A program made the translations under genes and the position numbers. From Vairimorpha necatrix (lineage: Eukaryota), in the NCBI GenBank assembly GCA_036630325.1, contig CP142736.1, positions 186,001 through 250,000 of the forward strand: a stretch of DNA of 64,000 nt, written 5' to 3'. The notes under the pieces are model-generated. The model was not told the origin of the DNA and searched no databases. It saw only the letters and a program-made list of their open reading frames with translations. Below, piece by piece: positions 48,701 through 62,082 of the stretch (within the stretch, counting starts at the first letter, position 1; every line of letters starts with the position of its first letter).

Positions 48701-49517
48701 CATATATTTAGCAAACACGATAAAAGTTCATATTTACATTTATGTTATTTCTGACATATGCATAAATATTTTAGTTATATTCTATATCTCTGATTTAACA
48801 ATCTAAAAATTTTTGTTATGTAATGATATTGAAAAAAATAATTATTCTATTATGTCATTGGTGATCAAGTATTAGTTTTTAAAATTATATATTTTAAAAG
48901 TTTTATTTTTTTTTTATATTTGATTTTTAGGAAAATTTACAATTTAAAAACATAAATAGCACAGTTCTAAACACATATGCTAAAAATATAAAACCATTTT
49001 TTTATACATTGTGAGCAGCATATTAGTGTTAAAACTTAGCTCACTCTACATCTACACTTAAATTTAAATATTTTAATGCAGATTTTTTTTTACTTTAAAT
49101 CAAACATCTCACATTTTCACTTTAAACATTCTGAATTCACGATTTTATAGAACAAGACTAGAAAGTATATCATTAAATGCGATAAAAACGGGCTATTTGC
49201 AGTGTTTTATGCCCAAACATGCTAGGAATAATTAAAATTGTGACAATTACCATAATATACGTTCATGTATAAAACTTTTTTAGGGAGTTCTAGGACACTG
49301 AAAGCTATTACTAATTTCGATACACGTTATTTCTAGATTTATTAAAAATCAAAATATTTCTGAGGATTTGTAATTAGAGACAATTGACTGTAAAATTCAA
49401 TGTTTATGCTTTTTTTTAAAAATATTTTAGCAAAAATGATTTTTTAAAAAATTAGGCACAATGCCGAGATTTTTATAATTACTATTCTCATTTATCGAGG
49501 TATACAATACGACCATC

Positions 49518-50314
49518 AGGGTGCCCTTAGCACAGTGGTAGAATGCTATGCTTCCATTGAGCAATGGCTGGGTTCGATTCCCAGGGGCACCAAAATTGTT
49601 TCTACTTTCTATGATGCAGTTGGAACAACTCAGATGATGAAAATGTCCACGATAATCATTAAGTTGATTCAATGAAACTTGTGTGTGTCCAGCCACAAGG
49701 GGATTAGCATCTAGTGTAGAAACGCACCTCAAGGCCAAAAAGCAGTATCGCCTTTTGGTGACTTAATGATACATAAAAGTTTCTAATGGGTACGGCCTAG
49801 TTGGAGCCCATGGCTGGTGCACTCTAGAGTGGGATTCTAGAGCTAACTAAGAGACTAGACGAAGTAGGGCAATAGAAGGTCTCGTGGACCCTATCCTACA
49901 AGATTCTGTAACACGGTGGCCGAAACTAGTGGGAGACTGGTGGTCAACGCAGTCCAATAAAAATGCCGGGCTGGGGATGTGGTCGTGTAAGGAGCCGTGT
50001 GTGCAATACAGATGATTGTAGTGACCTTTGAGTCAGTACGATGATGTCTCTCCTCGGGTTACAGATAACCATGCCCGTTAAGTATATCCGCTGTGAGGTC
50101 ACTCTGGACGCGATTTGAGGTATAAATGGAAAGTGTTCTCCTGGAGCCAAAGTCCAATGGATACGGCGGAGCTTGCTGCACCGGCAAGTTGTATGGAGGG
50201 AGTTTTAGTGAGTAAGAATCTCACAGTACCAGTTGGATGAGGATCACACCCAAATCCCTCTGGTCCCTATGTAAGGTTTCTCCCTACCTCTTACTTGCAA
50301 GAAAAAAAAAAAAA
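49518..50314 (+). mobile_element. tRNA-derived SINE, copy 2 (~797 bp)
   Basis: Perfect 12-bp TSD AATACGACCATC (49506-49517, 50315-50326) and a poly(A) tail. tRNA-Gly-like head (CAGTGGTAGAAT...CTTCCA...GGGTTCGATTCCC) with acceptor stem GGTGCCC/GGGCACC. Confidence 0.92.
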
Positions 50315-50958
50315 AATACGACCATCTAAACAATTAGAACCAATATTGCAAATTCATTATTAAAGACCATTTTAATAAAACCGCTTGTTTTTAAAAATGC
50401 AAATTCGTTTAATTATTCGGCATAAAAACGCATAAATAAAACACGAACAACAAAATATTGAGATTAATTGCCAATAATAGTCAATTTATTTTACTTTCTC
50501 AAAAATATTTATATTCGCCTTAGTTAAATAGGCCATATGAGGGTCATCTGTCAAAAATCAATAAAAAGCTTTACTTTTTTTACTTCACTTGCTTTCGATT
50601 TTAGTCTGCATCTTTTTGTTTCGTCATAAAAAACAAATTTATGCATAGTTTATATTATAATAAAATTAATCCTCCGTTATTGATCAATAATCATTTAGTA
50701 AAATAATCTAAATATATATGTTAACACATTTGTATTGTTTTCTATTAATTTAAAAATCATTATACTATTTACAGCGAATATTATTGTTATAACGTATTAA
50801 TTTATAGAATATTCTAATTTAATATAAATTTGAAATTGACATTTTATTAATATTGTATAAAAAGATATTAATTAACATTTGCATCCAACATTCGGTTGTC
50901 TGTATTAAATGTATTTTTTTATTATACAATTTAATTGTTTAGTCAGTTATTTGACCCT

Positions 50959-52269
50959 ATGAATGTTTCTTTCTATACGCAGTTAATAATGTTATGTGAT
51001 ATAGGAATTTTACAAATGTATAACGAAATAAGAAATACAAACAAAAGTTCATATTTTAAAAAATTTGGTAATAACACTGACTTAGAAAAAGGAATTAATG
51101 TACAGGATGATAGTATATGCATTATTAAGAGCTTCTACACCAAATTTGGGGTTGGTGAATGCAGCTCTATTGAAGATGAAATTTTTGATGCAGCAATAGC
51201 AGCAAAGGAAGACAATTTTAAGAGCGATGTTTTTTCGCCATACGGAATATGGTCAATGTTTTGTATGATTTTAAGCATAGCTGAAGGTGAAACGAAAAAA
51301 GCTTGCGTAAATATTCTTAAAAATTACGAAATTTTATTAGATGATTCATTTTACGTAGAAATGGAAAAATATTTCAAGTCTTTGATGGTTGAAGACTTAA
51401 AAGGGCCATTCAAAAATGTCTTGTTATACGATAAAAAGTTAGAAATTGAAGATTTTATAAAGAAATGTAAAAATCTATTTTCCGGCGTTTATAAAGAAAC
51501 TTTCGAAAATAATAACAATGAATTACTCAGTCGCATAAAAGATATTTTTAGAAATTTGTTTTCCGTATTAAAAGGCGAGAAACCTTTAGTTTTACGTAAT
51601 ACATCATATGTCAGGGCAGGATGGTTAAATAAGTTTAATCCTGAAGACACTACAATGAAAGATTTTGTTACTAAAAATAAAACCATTTTGGTGCCTATGA
51701 TGAAGCAAGTAGGTGTATTTAACTGTTTATATAAAGGTGGATTCCGTTTTATACGTATGGATTTTAGAGATTATACTGATTCTTTATGTTTTATAATAGC
51801 TTTACCAGACAAAGATGTTCACATTCCTAAACATTTTCAAATGGAATTTAAAGAAGAATTTAAGAAATTAATAAAAAATGAATGTTTAGCTTTTAAGGTG
51901 AACTTGGAAATGCCCAAATTCAAAATCGAGACAGTATGCAATCTTAACCCATTTTTTAACAATTTTCTAGAATCCAACCTCATGAACGAGGACTTGGATT
52001 TTGGTAAAGGGTTTTCTTCTTATGACAGCACTAAAATGAACTTACGACATAAAACTTTCATCGATGTTAATGAATCGGGCATATGCACAAGGGAGTCATA
52101 CTCTCGAAGTGAGTCAATGCTAAAAGGAACACATAGCATCAATTATCATTGTAATAGAGAATTTGTGTTTTATGTATTTGATACCAGAAAGCCAGAGATT
52201 GAAAACACTGAAAAAATAATGTCTGCAGTTTTCCTTCCTATATTAGTGGGAAGATACACTGGACTTTAA
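50959..52269 (+). CDS. Serpin-family protein (436 aa; start revised to the ATG after CCCT)
   Basis: Serpin motifs FSPYGI, GWLNKFNPEDT, VPMMKQ, FIIALP, LEMPKFKIE, HKTFIDVNESG, CNREFVFYVFD and VGRY. Confidence 0.93.
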   Translation: MNVSFYTQLIMLCDIGILQMYNEIRNTNKSSYFKKFGNNTDLEKGINVQDDSICIIKSFYTKFGVGECSSIEDEIFDAAIAAKEDNFKSDVFSPYGIWSMFCMILSIAEGETKKACVNILKNYEILLDDSFYVEMEKYFKSLMVEDLKGPFKNVLLYDKKLEIEDFIKKCKNLFSGVYKETFENNNNELLSRIKDIFRNLFSVLKGEKPLVLRNTSYVRAGWLNKFNPEDTTMKDFVTKNKTILVPMMKQVGVFNCLYKGGFRFIRMDFRDYTDSLCFIIALPDKDVHIPKHFQMEFKEEFKKLIKNECLAFKVNLEMPKFKIETVCNLNPFFNNFLESNLMNEDLDFGKGFSSYDSTKMNLRHKTFIDVNESGICTRESYSRSESMLKGTHSINYHCNREFVFYVFDTRKPEIENTEKIMSAVFLPILVGRYTGL

Positions 52270-53885
52270 TCTTATTAAAATGTATAACCTTTTGAGTTTT
52301 TTGACATTCGCATGTTTTACGTTGATTTTAATTCGTAAATTGTGTTAATTTTTATAAGAATAAAATGAGTTTTTCAATATTTTTATTTAAAAAGTTTTTT
52401 CTCGGCTCTTTTATTAATTGAAAGTATGGATTTGTAATATATGTTTAAGCTTTTTAATTTAATAATAGTTTTTTACAAAATAACATTAATTATGAATAAT
52501 ATTTCTCATTTACTATCCGGTATGTTGCTCAAAAGAAATTATATTTTCTAATAACTGTCAAATTATTGCTCCAATAAAGATAAAATTTCATCTTTGAGTT
52601 TACGATATATAATGTAATTAGACACGAGGTCTGATCTGAAATAGAAGACGGGGTATCAAAATAAGATTTATTAGAAATCGCGCTGAACTCATGATTAAGG
52701 GTAGGAGTTAAAAAAAAAAGAAATATTTGGATTAGACAATTTAGACGGTATTTTCCAAAAAGAGTAATTGTTAAAATAAAAGTAACTCTCTAAACGCTCA
52801 TGTTCAATATTTATTAATCTTCTGTCACTTAAATCATCCTTTACATTAATATTGATTAAGAATCACTCACATTTATAGATTCATATTGTCAGCTTTGGTC
52901 CGTCGCCCGACGTATATTATTGACAATATAATACTTTTTGGACTCATTTTTACAATTTTTTATTGTATGAAACATTAAATGGGATCTCATCATGAACATA
53001 ACAGCAATCTTCGATCGATATGATGTATTTCATGCCCTTTCACACTTAGTATATATTATCTACAACTGATATATCTTTTTTTAATAGCTTTATATGAGAC
53101 ATTATCAAAAGACCAACTATAAAAAAAAATATTTATTCCACAGAAAAAATTTACTTGTCATTAGATTTATCATTTTTTACACCAAAAATCCATACAAATG
53201 CCTGTATTTGACAACATCCACTTTTCAGCACTTAATGGCATATCTTTTTTGGTTTCTAAATTTTTTTTCGATCAGTTATTTTTATTCATTAGTATAAATC
53301 CTTTGAAATTTAGCAAAAATAAGTTTTCATACATAAGCCTAGTTGTATTGGAATATTACGCCAATAGCATGAAGTGCGAAATTAAAGACTTTGAATTGCT
53401 TATAATAACAATACTCGAAACCAGACTCAAAAATTTTTAAGAAATTTTTAATGAATAAACAAATGCCTATAAATTAGTGATGTAAATATTCTACAAATGA
53501 TTTAAATTATTAGCAAAGATAATTATTTATAAAAAAAACATGATAAAAGCCATTTTTTACAATTTTAAATATTTACAAATATCGGAAATCTAGATAACTA
53601 AATGCGAATTACTCAAAAAATTTAACATTTTGAACTACACTATTATATAGCAAAAAAGATAAATATACATATAAACGTTAATAATATATAATGATTGCAA
53701 TATTATTACATGACATTGATTTTTGACCAAACTTTAATTAAGACATTGCAGTAACAAATCTTAGACTGTATCAAAAATTTATTTAAAATGGCTAATAAGG
53801 TTAAAATACATACAATGTAGTCAAAAGCTAAATATTTACAATTATACTTAGGCTCAATAAATTTTCTATGTAATTTTTGTTTATA

Positions 53886-54617
53886 TTAACGGAGGCGTAA
53901 CCAATAGTTTTCAAAATCTTCACGATGAAGTAATTCAATCTGTTTTCGATTATTTACATTTATGACAGTAGATGGAGTCATTTCGGTCGTCGAATATTCT
54001 GAATGGCTATCTAATTTGCTAGACTTTGTTATTTCATAAAGTATTTCGTCTTTAAATAATCTCGTTATTTCGAAGGGACAAGTTTTTTCTATATTAACTT
54101 CGATATTATCATTTATTACTCTTTCATATCTATATTTATCATATTTATTGTCTAAACGTTCATATCTTATTATATAATATATTAGTTCATAACTTTTATA
54201 CGATAAAAACAGTATAAACATAAGCTCAGGATGTAAACCACTCTTGATATTCTTATTAATTATAAAATGTCTTACAAAAAATTTAAATTCTTTTTTGTAG
54301 TGTCTCAAAATTTTGTTTGTTAATTTAACATCATTGAATTTTTCTTCTATTAGAGTATTACGGATTAGTGTATTAAAAACGAGGTTAGAAACTTTGTTGA
54401 ACTTTTTAATATTAAAATCATCACCTTCGAACAAATTAGGAATAAATAAAAAATTGTTATCACAGTTACATACCCGTTGAAGTAAATTATTATTGTTTTC
54501 AAAATTATCTCTTGTAATTTCTTTGCTTTCATTACGTGAATGAAAAGATGGTCTTAAATCAGAATTCTTTATAGAATATGAACAAGAACGAATTTGTAAT
54601 ATTGCAAGTAAATACAT
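53886..54617 (-). CDS. Hypothetical protein (243 aa), possible short signal peptide
   Basis: Isolated 243-codon ORF in AT-rich DNA with CCC ~6 nt before the ATG and an N-terminus MYLLAILQIRSCS. No domain recognised. Confidence 0.72.
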   Translation of the reverse strand: MYLLAILQIRSCSYSIKNSDLRPSFHSRNESKEITRDNFENNNNLLQRVCNCDNNFLFIPNLFEGDDFNIKKFNKVSNLVFNTLIRNTLIEEKFNDVKLTNKILRHYKKEFKFFVRHFIINKNIKSGLHPELMFILFLSYKSYELIYYIIRYERLDNKYDKYRYERVINDNIEVNIEKTCPFEITRLFKDEILYEITKSSKLDSHSEYSTTEMTPSTVINVNNRKQIELLHREDFENYWLRLR

Positions 54618-57600
54618 TAATATGGGTTAGTAAAAAAACAAAAAAAAATGAAAACATGACATAAAGACGCAATTAACGTCAAAAAAACTCATCATTAACG
54701 TATTACTAATGATAATTAATTATGTTACTCTATTGTGTTAATCCTAAAAACTATAAAAATAATATAATAATATTAGTAATAAATCATATGATGTATACTA
54801 AAATGCATATACACAATCAGTTAAAATAGAAAAAAATAATCATATAGAACATAACAAAGATGATTTACTATTATGAAATACTTATTAGAAGAATACTTAG
54901 TTATATTTATTGCGTATATTCGGATCATGCGACCAACAAGCTATATTGCGCAGTATTTACCAAAAGTTTTTATTAAAAGCTCGGATCTAGCTTTTTTCGC
55001 TATCCTGAAAATTAGAAGACAACTTCAACGTTATTTCTATAAAACGTAGATATTTGAGAATTTTGAGTTTAACAATATACAAAAACATGTTATTCTCAAT
55101 AATTATTGTTTTTATAGAATTGTTCGTATGTTATGTCTAAATTATGCTTCATATGTGGCCATCTTACACTATTTTTTTGCTTTATCTTTCCGTACTTCGT
55201 CTCCTAAGTCTCTAGTTCTTTAGTATTTGATAGAGATTTTTTCAATCAGTTTCAGAACTATAGATTGAACAAATGCCTTGACAAAATTTGTTATCTACGT
55301 ATATATTTTTTAATTTTCAAAAAGTCTATGCATAACACCATTGTATATAATAATTTGGACATTATATGTTTTTCTATTTTTATATATAAATATTTTTAAT
55401 ACGATGTCATCGTCGAAACTATAGTTTGGAAATATAGGTCTGTTAAAAACATTCTCATGAAATAGAATCCAATTTGTTTAATCAAAGTTTATTGGAAAAA
55501 TGAGAACATTGAAGTTTTGTGTAAAAAAAATTTATCTGTGTTGTAACGTTGTTGATTCTTCAATATGAGTAAAACTATTGATGGTAAATACAATTACAAT
55601 AAAATACAGACCAAAAATACATTTTACTTGAGATTTAAAAAGTATGTCATAACCTCACGACTAATAGCCTTATCGTCTTGTTTCAACATCTCTCACAATT
55701 TTTTTTACAAAGCAGATTGTAATATCTCAAAAAATACAACAAGTTAACGATTTAAAAAAATGAAACTTTAAAAAATCAATTTTCTTAAGCCTTTTGGTAA
55801 AATCCAATAATTATAGATAATATAAACTAAATCTTATAAATTTTTACTTTTGGTTTCTTAGACAAGTATTTTAGCTTCTTATAATGACATTGTGGAATTT
55901 TGTTTACATCACATGAAAAAGACAGTCGGCTTAGGACATTAATATTCCTTCACGTCTTCACGCCCTTATGGATATGATTTTCTTGTAGGTTTATAGGCAA
56001 TAATGTTGTACATTTTCCTCCATAAAAATAGTTAAAAAATGAGGATAATACTTATAAAATAGTATTCTCTGGTCTATAAAGTGTTCCTAGGACTACTGGA
56101 ATCTGTCACTTGACAAACTTTATTTATGCTTTCTTTTTACTTTTGTCGATTTTTTTTCAAATTTATTTAATATAGTAACCTAAGTTGTATTTTGTCTTAT
56201 AAGGGCCATAAAATACGTTTTTTGGAAAATTAACAAGACGTAGGTAAATTTTATCAAAATTTTTGCAACGAACACAGCAGGATCATTTTATCTAAAAAGG
56301 GGTCTTTTAAGAGTAATGAAAAAAAAACTAAAATGATAAAAGTGTTTATTCTAAGAAAACTTTGCTAATCTTAAACTAAAAAAATTCAGAAACTTGCGAT
56401 ATTTTATGAATCTCACATGTTCAAATCCATATAAATTCTTCCATAAGGCATGGGATTGCAATTTATTTTATTCTTTTTAGGTATTAAAAACTTTTCAAAT
56501 TTGAACAGGCTCCTTCAATAAATTTATAATCTCTCCTGCCTTTTTCAACGTTTTCATCTTGTTTTCGCCACAGTGTCCGATCATAGATTCGACTACTTTA
56601 GAAAGCATTTATGTCCATCCCTTAGAGTCGTTGCATTTTTATTTATTTTTAAAAAATTAGATCGTCAAAGGTTTAGCTAGTTAAGTAATATTTTGATTTT
56701 AGGTTATAGTGTTCGCTCATCTTTTGTCCCTACCGATCATGTAAAATTTATAACTATGTCACATCTTTCCGATACCAAATTGGCAAATTTTCATTGCAAT
56801 AGCCAGTTTATCGGTGTCCCAGATCTTTAAAACTTCATTTTTTTTGTGTTTGATATTTTCCTTTCTTAGTGCTCTATAATTTTTCTCTAAGAACTAGTGA
56901 CACCAAACCTCACATATGAAAATACGGTCTAAGTTTATTGCAGATTGTTTTTCAGCAAATGAATACATAATCTATGAATAACTATGTATAGGTTTCAGGG
57001 TGTAAATTGTAGTTTTATCCTTTATTCGATCGAAGTTCAACATCCCGTCTTTCCCCTACACTAAAACTGAAGGCGTCGATTTACAAATCGTCTAAGTTAA
57101 TGTCTTTATTTCGAATGATCCGTACATCACATGGTTTTTATTATTAGTTTTTAATCCACTGCAAAATATATTGCCCTATGTATGCCTTGGAATATTTTTG
57201 ACCTACTGTCGAGCAACTCCAACATACCATAAGGGTATAATATTTTTTTAAAAATCGTCTAGAAAACGTACAGGATTAAGACTCAACAAATGGAAATTCT
57301 AATTGAATTTAAGCAAATTCTTGGGTTCTACTTCTGAGTATATACTTCGTAAAAAAAACATTTATCCACCTTACGGTCTGAGCCGGATTCAGTACGTAAA
57401 AAAAAAAAAGTCGAGGCTCAGACCATTGCGCCTGAAATGTATAGGTCGTACCATTTTAATATATAAACAAAGCGCTTAAGAGTGAAAAATATTTAACTGA
57501 AAATATCATCAATTAGCTTCCTTTTCTAGGAAAAAAATTTCTATTTTTAAAATAAAGAAAATATCTTTCACAGAACAAGAATGATCGTTAAATAATAAGT

Positions 57601-57618
57601 AAAACAAACTTTTTTATT

Positions 57619-58932
57619 TCATTCCCCTGTATATCTACCTACCATAAGGGGATAAATAATTGGTATTGAATCTTCAGCACATTTAATTGATGGTGGTTTA
57701 GTATCGAACAAATAAAATACAAAAGGACGGTTACAATGAAACTTATGGTGTACGTTTTTGTTATATCGATCATTATATGTATAGCGCCTGGAGCATGATG
57801 TTTCTTCTTTGCATATTCCCACTTCATTTAGTTCAATTACGGCTTTGTGCTTTAATACAACTTTTGTATTACGGTGGGAGCAAAATTCATGATCTAATTC
57901 CAAATATTCATCCATAAAATTAGATTGTAAAAATTTGTAAAACACTTTATTTAGGTTGCACTCTGTTTCAATCTTAAACTTTGGTATTTCTAAGTCCAAA
58001 ACAGAAGACGGACATTTTTTGTTAACTAGTAGCTCGAATTCTTTTTTAAATGATAAATGAAGTTGATCATTGAGGTAATCATCTTTATCCGGCAAAATTA
58101 TCACAAAACATAATGAATTAATCTTATCAAGAAGATTCATACTAATAAATTGTAATCCATTTGTATACAGATATGAAAATTCATCGATTGTGGCGATCAT
58201 TGGGACTTGTATAATTTTATTTTTTACATAAAAATCTTTGATTTTAGTATCTTCTGTATTAAATTTACATAGCCACCTTCCGCTAATCCGAACATTGTTT
58301 ATTAAAACTAAGCGTACAACAATGCGGTGTTTATAAAAATCACTAAACATTTGTTTGCTCCTATTAAATATTTCGCTCATAACTTCTTCAATTGTTTTCT
58401 CTTGATTTCTATAATCAAATAAAATATCCTCAAAATTGAATATTTCCTTCCATTTTTCATAAAACTCGTCAACTTGTAAACTATCTTTATCACTTAAAGA
58501 ATTGTAACACTCCAATTCTACTCCGTCACCACCCAATGAACGAATATAATCTTCCATATTTTTACAAAACGAATCATCAACATTAAATCCAAAATCTTCG
58601 ATTATTTTTAGTAATTTTAGTTTGGTTTCATCTTTGGTGATTTGCAAAAGCGCGCAATAGACATAACAGAGACCTAGCGGAGAAAATGCATCACTTTTAA
58701 AATGATCAAAAAAAATTGTTTCTGTTTGTTGAATATTCCTATCAAAATGAAAGCATATATTATTATTTTGATACAAATTTTTATCAATTGGTATAATTAC
58801 GTTTCCTAAACTAACACTATGATTGGTTTTATAGAAATTATAAAATCCGAAAGTGTTCCTAACGTCGTTATACATGTATAGTGTACCTACATCACACAAA
58901 GTCATCAGTTTTGATTCAAAATGATCTTTCAT
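57619..58932 (-). CDS. Serpin-family protein (437 aa)
   Basis: CCCCC directly before the ATG. Motifs FSPLGL, GRWLCKFNTEDT, VPMI, FVIILP, LEIPKFKIE, HKAVIELNEVG, FHCNRPFVFYLFD and MVGRY. Confidence 0.93.
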   Translation of the reverse strand: MKDHFESKLMTLCDVGTLYMYNDVRNTFGFYNFYKTNHSVSLGNVIIPIDKNLYQNNNICFHFDRNIQQTETIFFDHFKSDAFSPLGLCYVYCALLQITKDETKLKLLKIIEDFGFNVDDSFCKNMEDYIRSLGGDGVELECYNSLSDKDSLQVDEFYEKWKEIFNFEDILFDYRNQEKTIEEVMSEIFNRSKQMFSDFYKHRIVVRLVLINNVRISGRWLCKFNTEDTKIKDFYVKNKIIQVPMIATIDEFSYLYTNGLQFISMNLLDKINSLCFVIILPDKDDYLNDQLHLSFKKEFELLVNKKCPSSVLDLEIPKFKIETECNLNKVFYKFLQSNFMDEYLELDHEFCSHRNTKVVLKHKAVIELNEVGICKEETSCSRRYTYNDRYNKNVHHKFHCNRPFVFYLFDTKPPSIKCAEDSIPIIYPLMVGRYTGE

Positions 58933-60399
58933 GGGGGATCAGAAAGAAATTGTATTTAAATAAAATGTATTTTTTATAAATTAATTAAAAAATTAAAGAT
59001 AAATTGATAGATTTTAGTGCAATATTGTTTTTTTTAATTTGTAATATAAAAAGATTATATGATGTTTTCAAAACAAATAGAATTTCATAAATTGATCAAA
59101 TGATTTATTTTAGTGGTCTTTAACTATACAACAACGTAAAATATGATTAACGGTTGATTTATTTTATTAATAAATGCTTAAGGCGACTTTTTTAGTCTAC
59201 ATAATGAAATCGTCTTATACAATTAAGAAGTTTTTTGATAAATTATAAAAAAATTTGATCAGCACGTCTACAATAAATTACTAATATCACACAATAGCAC
59301 ACTCGAGGTTATTTTGTCATTGTATGTAACTTAAATTTTAAAGAGGTATGTATAGTTATTTATATATTACGTAAATGAAAATAACAATCATAGGCGAGGT
59401 TCCGCGCTTATTTAAATCAAAAGTTTACGTGTCAGAAAATAAAATATACATAGGCACTGTAGTCCACACAAAAAACTTCAAGCCTTACTAATATAGTTTA
59501 TTAAACGCTTTTTTAAAAATCGTGTTATCATAAATTTTATTTTCTTTAAATAAAAAAAAAATTGTGCAAAAGTTACAAAAAGATACAATTTTCTTTTAAT
59601 AGAAAATATATAAATTCCATATACTTATAATGTAAGCTTTTATTCTAGTGCTTTTTCCAAAATTAGTTGAATAATATTCCTGTTCTTCTTGAATAGAAGA
59701 TATTTTCTTCAAAGTGTAACTGAAAAAAAAATCATATTCATTTCAATAGCAATAAACGAAGTTAAACGTAATATTTGTCAAAAATGTTATTAAACGAAGA
59801 TGATTTTTTGTATAATTTTGCCGACCGAGTACATCAACTCACAAAAAACCAACACATGCTTCTTGGCCTGAAAAATTTGAGCTTTTTTTATAAAAAAAAA
59901 ATTTAAAGTAATTAGTTTACGAAAAATGCGTTTCTTATTGTTACAGGATTATACACTGGTTTATAGATTATTTTATGATCACTTAATTATAGATACTTAT
60001 CCAAAGTATCTATTGTAAAATTTTACTATAAATAATAAATAATCTAAACCCATCTAAAAATATTATAAAAAAAAGTAGCGCTTTATATAACACTTAGTAT
60101 TAAAGTAAGAGGCAGACAGTAACATTACAGAGGTCTATAAAAATGAAACAGTAATTCTCATCTTGTATAAACATACTAGTTATACTCCAGTTAATATCCT
60201 AAATGACTTGTCGATGCGTATTTCAATGCTTGTGTGGCTTACTCTGAAGATTAGATTGCCATCTGTGTCCATCTCGCTTCTATTAAGAAATACTTGCTAT
60301 TTAATGTCATTAAAGCGTAATACACCTAAGCTCTCATTCAGACACTTACATTAATGCTTTAAAAATTATTTTACCTCACACATATCTCTTGTACCTCGT

Positions 60400-61200
60400 G
60401 CAAAACAATATGTCTGCTTATACCTTGCAGTGGCCATTTTAAAATTCGAAATTTAAACCGCGAGAACTTCTATTACTCTACTTAGACTCGTTTCAACTAG
60501 CTCAAGGACCTTAATTTCGAGAGCACCAGATATGAGCTTTAACTAAGCCAACTACGGCGGATATTCTATGTTTTATTAAAGCAGTCAATGTAATAAAGAT
60601 TTAGAGATTTAGGTGTGTTTTCACACAGATGCTTATCTTAATACTGTACGCACATAAGTAACGTCAAAATTAATAATATCATTAAAATTTTTATCGCTGA
60701 TTTGTTCAACTCGAATTATTTTAAAAAATTTATCAATTGGTCCCTAAGATTTTAATACAATCTGCATATAGGAAAAACATAACCTTGACCTCAAGGCTAC
60801 GGACACCCCGTATGTATAATAATAAAAATCCTATTACTTATAACAAGATCCCTTTTACATGTGTCAAAAAGGCATAAATGTTGATGTAACATGTTTTTTC
60901 TATATTTAATTTTCTTATAACTAAGATAATCTCCATTTTTACACGAAATATCATTTCTCACAATATGCATCTTAACTGCCCTGTTAGTTATGAACTTTAA
61001 AATCATACATAAGGATCGAAAATGACGATAAGATTATATATATGCCGGAAAGAGAAGTAGATAGGGCTATAATGTTTTTAGATATACAGGCAACTTTTGC
61101 AGAAATTGTGTGTGTAGAAAAATAGGCTAGTATACCTTTGAGGGCACTGCAACAATGGTACCAAAGCATCTAAAACCTTAGAAGAACAAAGCAGAAAACC
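60400..61200 (-). pseudogene. Possible heavily decayed non-LTR reverse transcriptase relic
   Basis: The minus strand gives TGCP* followed shortly by FLYADCIKI, reminiscent of RT G.PQG and YADD motifs. Nothing else is recognisable and the boundaries are guesses. Confidence 0.22.
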
Positions 61201-62082
61201 GAGTCCATAACTATATGTTAAAAAATCAAAATTATTAAAATATTAACTCAACAGATGTAAGTTAATTTTTTTTATCTTTGATAAAATGGGATTTGAAAAA
61301 AAAAATATGATAAAATTATCTTCAAGTAGATGTTAAATAATCAAACTTTTTATAGTTGCGACAATATAAATCTTTTGTAAAAGTAAATTTTGTTATTATA
61401 TAGGGGTTTCATGGCGCGTAACTTCATAGTACGTTATTTTCTCATAACCCTAATATATTTCCATTTCTTGAAGAGTATATATTGATGTATAGGTGGTATA
61501 TAATTCTTAATCGACTGTTTTTACTATTTGTATTATAATCTCCTATAAAATATATATTTAGTTTTTCATGTTTATAAAATCTTTTAAATAATAACAAAAA
61601 AAAACATTGTTTTGCAAAAACATATATCTAGTTTTTTTTAGAAGCTAAATGTTTACAAATCACCTAAATTTACAAATAAATCCTAATTTAAACTCTTTTT
61701 ACTCAATTTTAGTAACTTTTTGTTTTAAACAATGTCGAGAAACGGTTTATAATATTCAAGGCTCTTGAAAATTTTTTTTTCAAATTTTTTTCATATACAT
61801 AAAAAATACAAAAAATAATAGATTGAAAAAGTAGTATAGAAATTTTGTAATTTTTTTAAAACAATTTTTGACACTGTATGAAATTTTGAAGATTTTACTC
61901 GAAGGATGCTTGAAATTTCCTTAGTGTAAAATATTACATCAATGTATTATATAAATAATTACTAAAAAGTATAAGGCTTATTTTGAATATAAATATTATT
62001 AAAAAGGCGTATAAAGACTGTAAAACAAATCATAACGTTTGTTGCGAAATAAAAACAACAATTACCAGCCGAATACAATTTA

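Noticed and set aside
49845-49950. Hammerhead-like (CTAGACGA...CGAAAC) or group I intron R-like (AGAGACTAGA) motifs in the SINE body
   Set aside because: There is no exact CUGANGA core, the would-be cleavage base is G, stem III is weaker in the other copy, and no matching group I S element was found. A covariance search would be needed.
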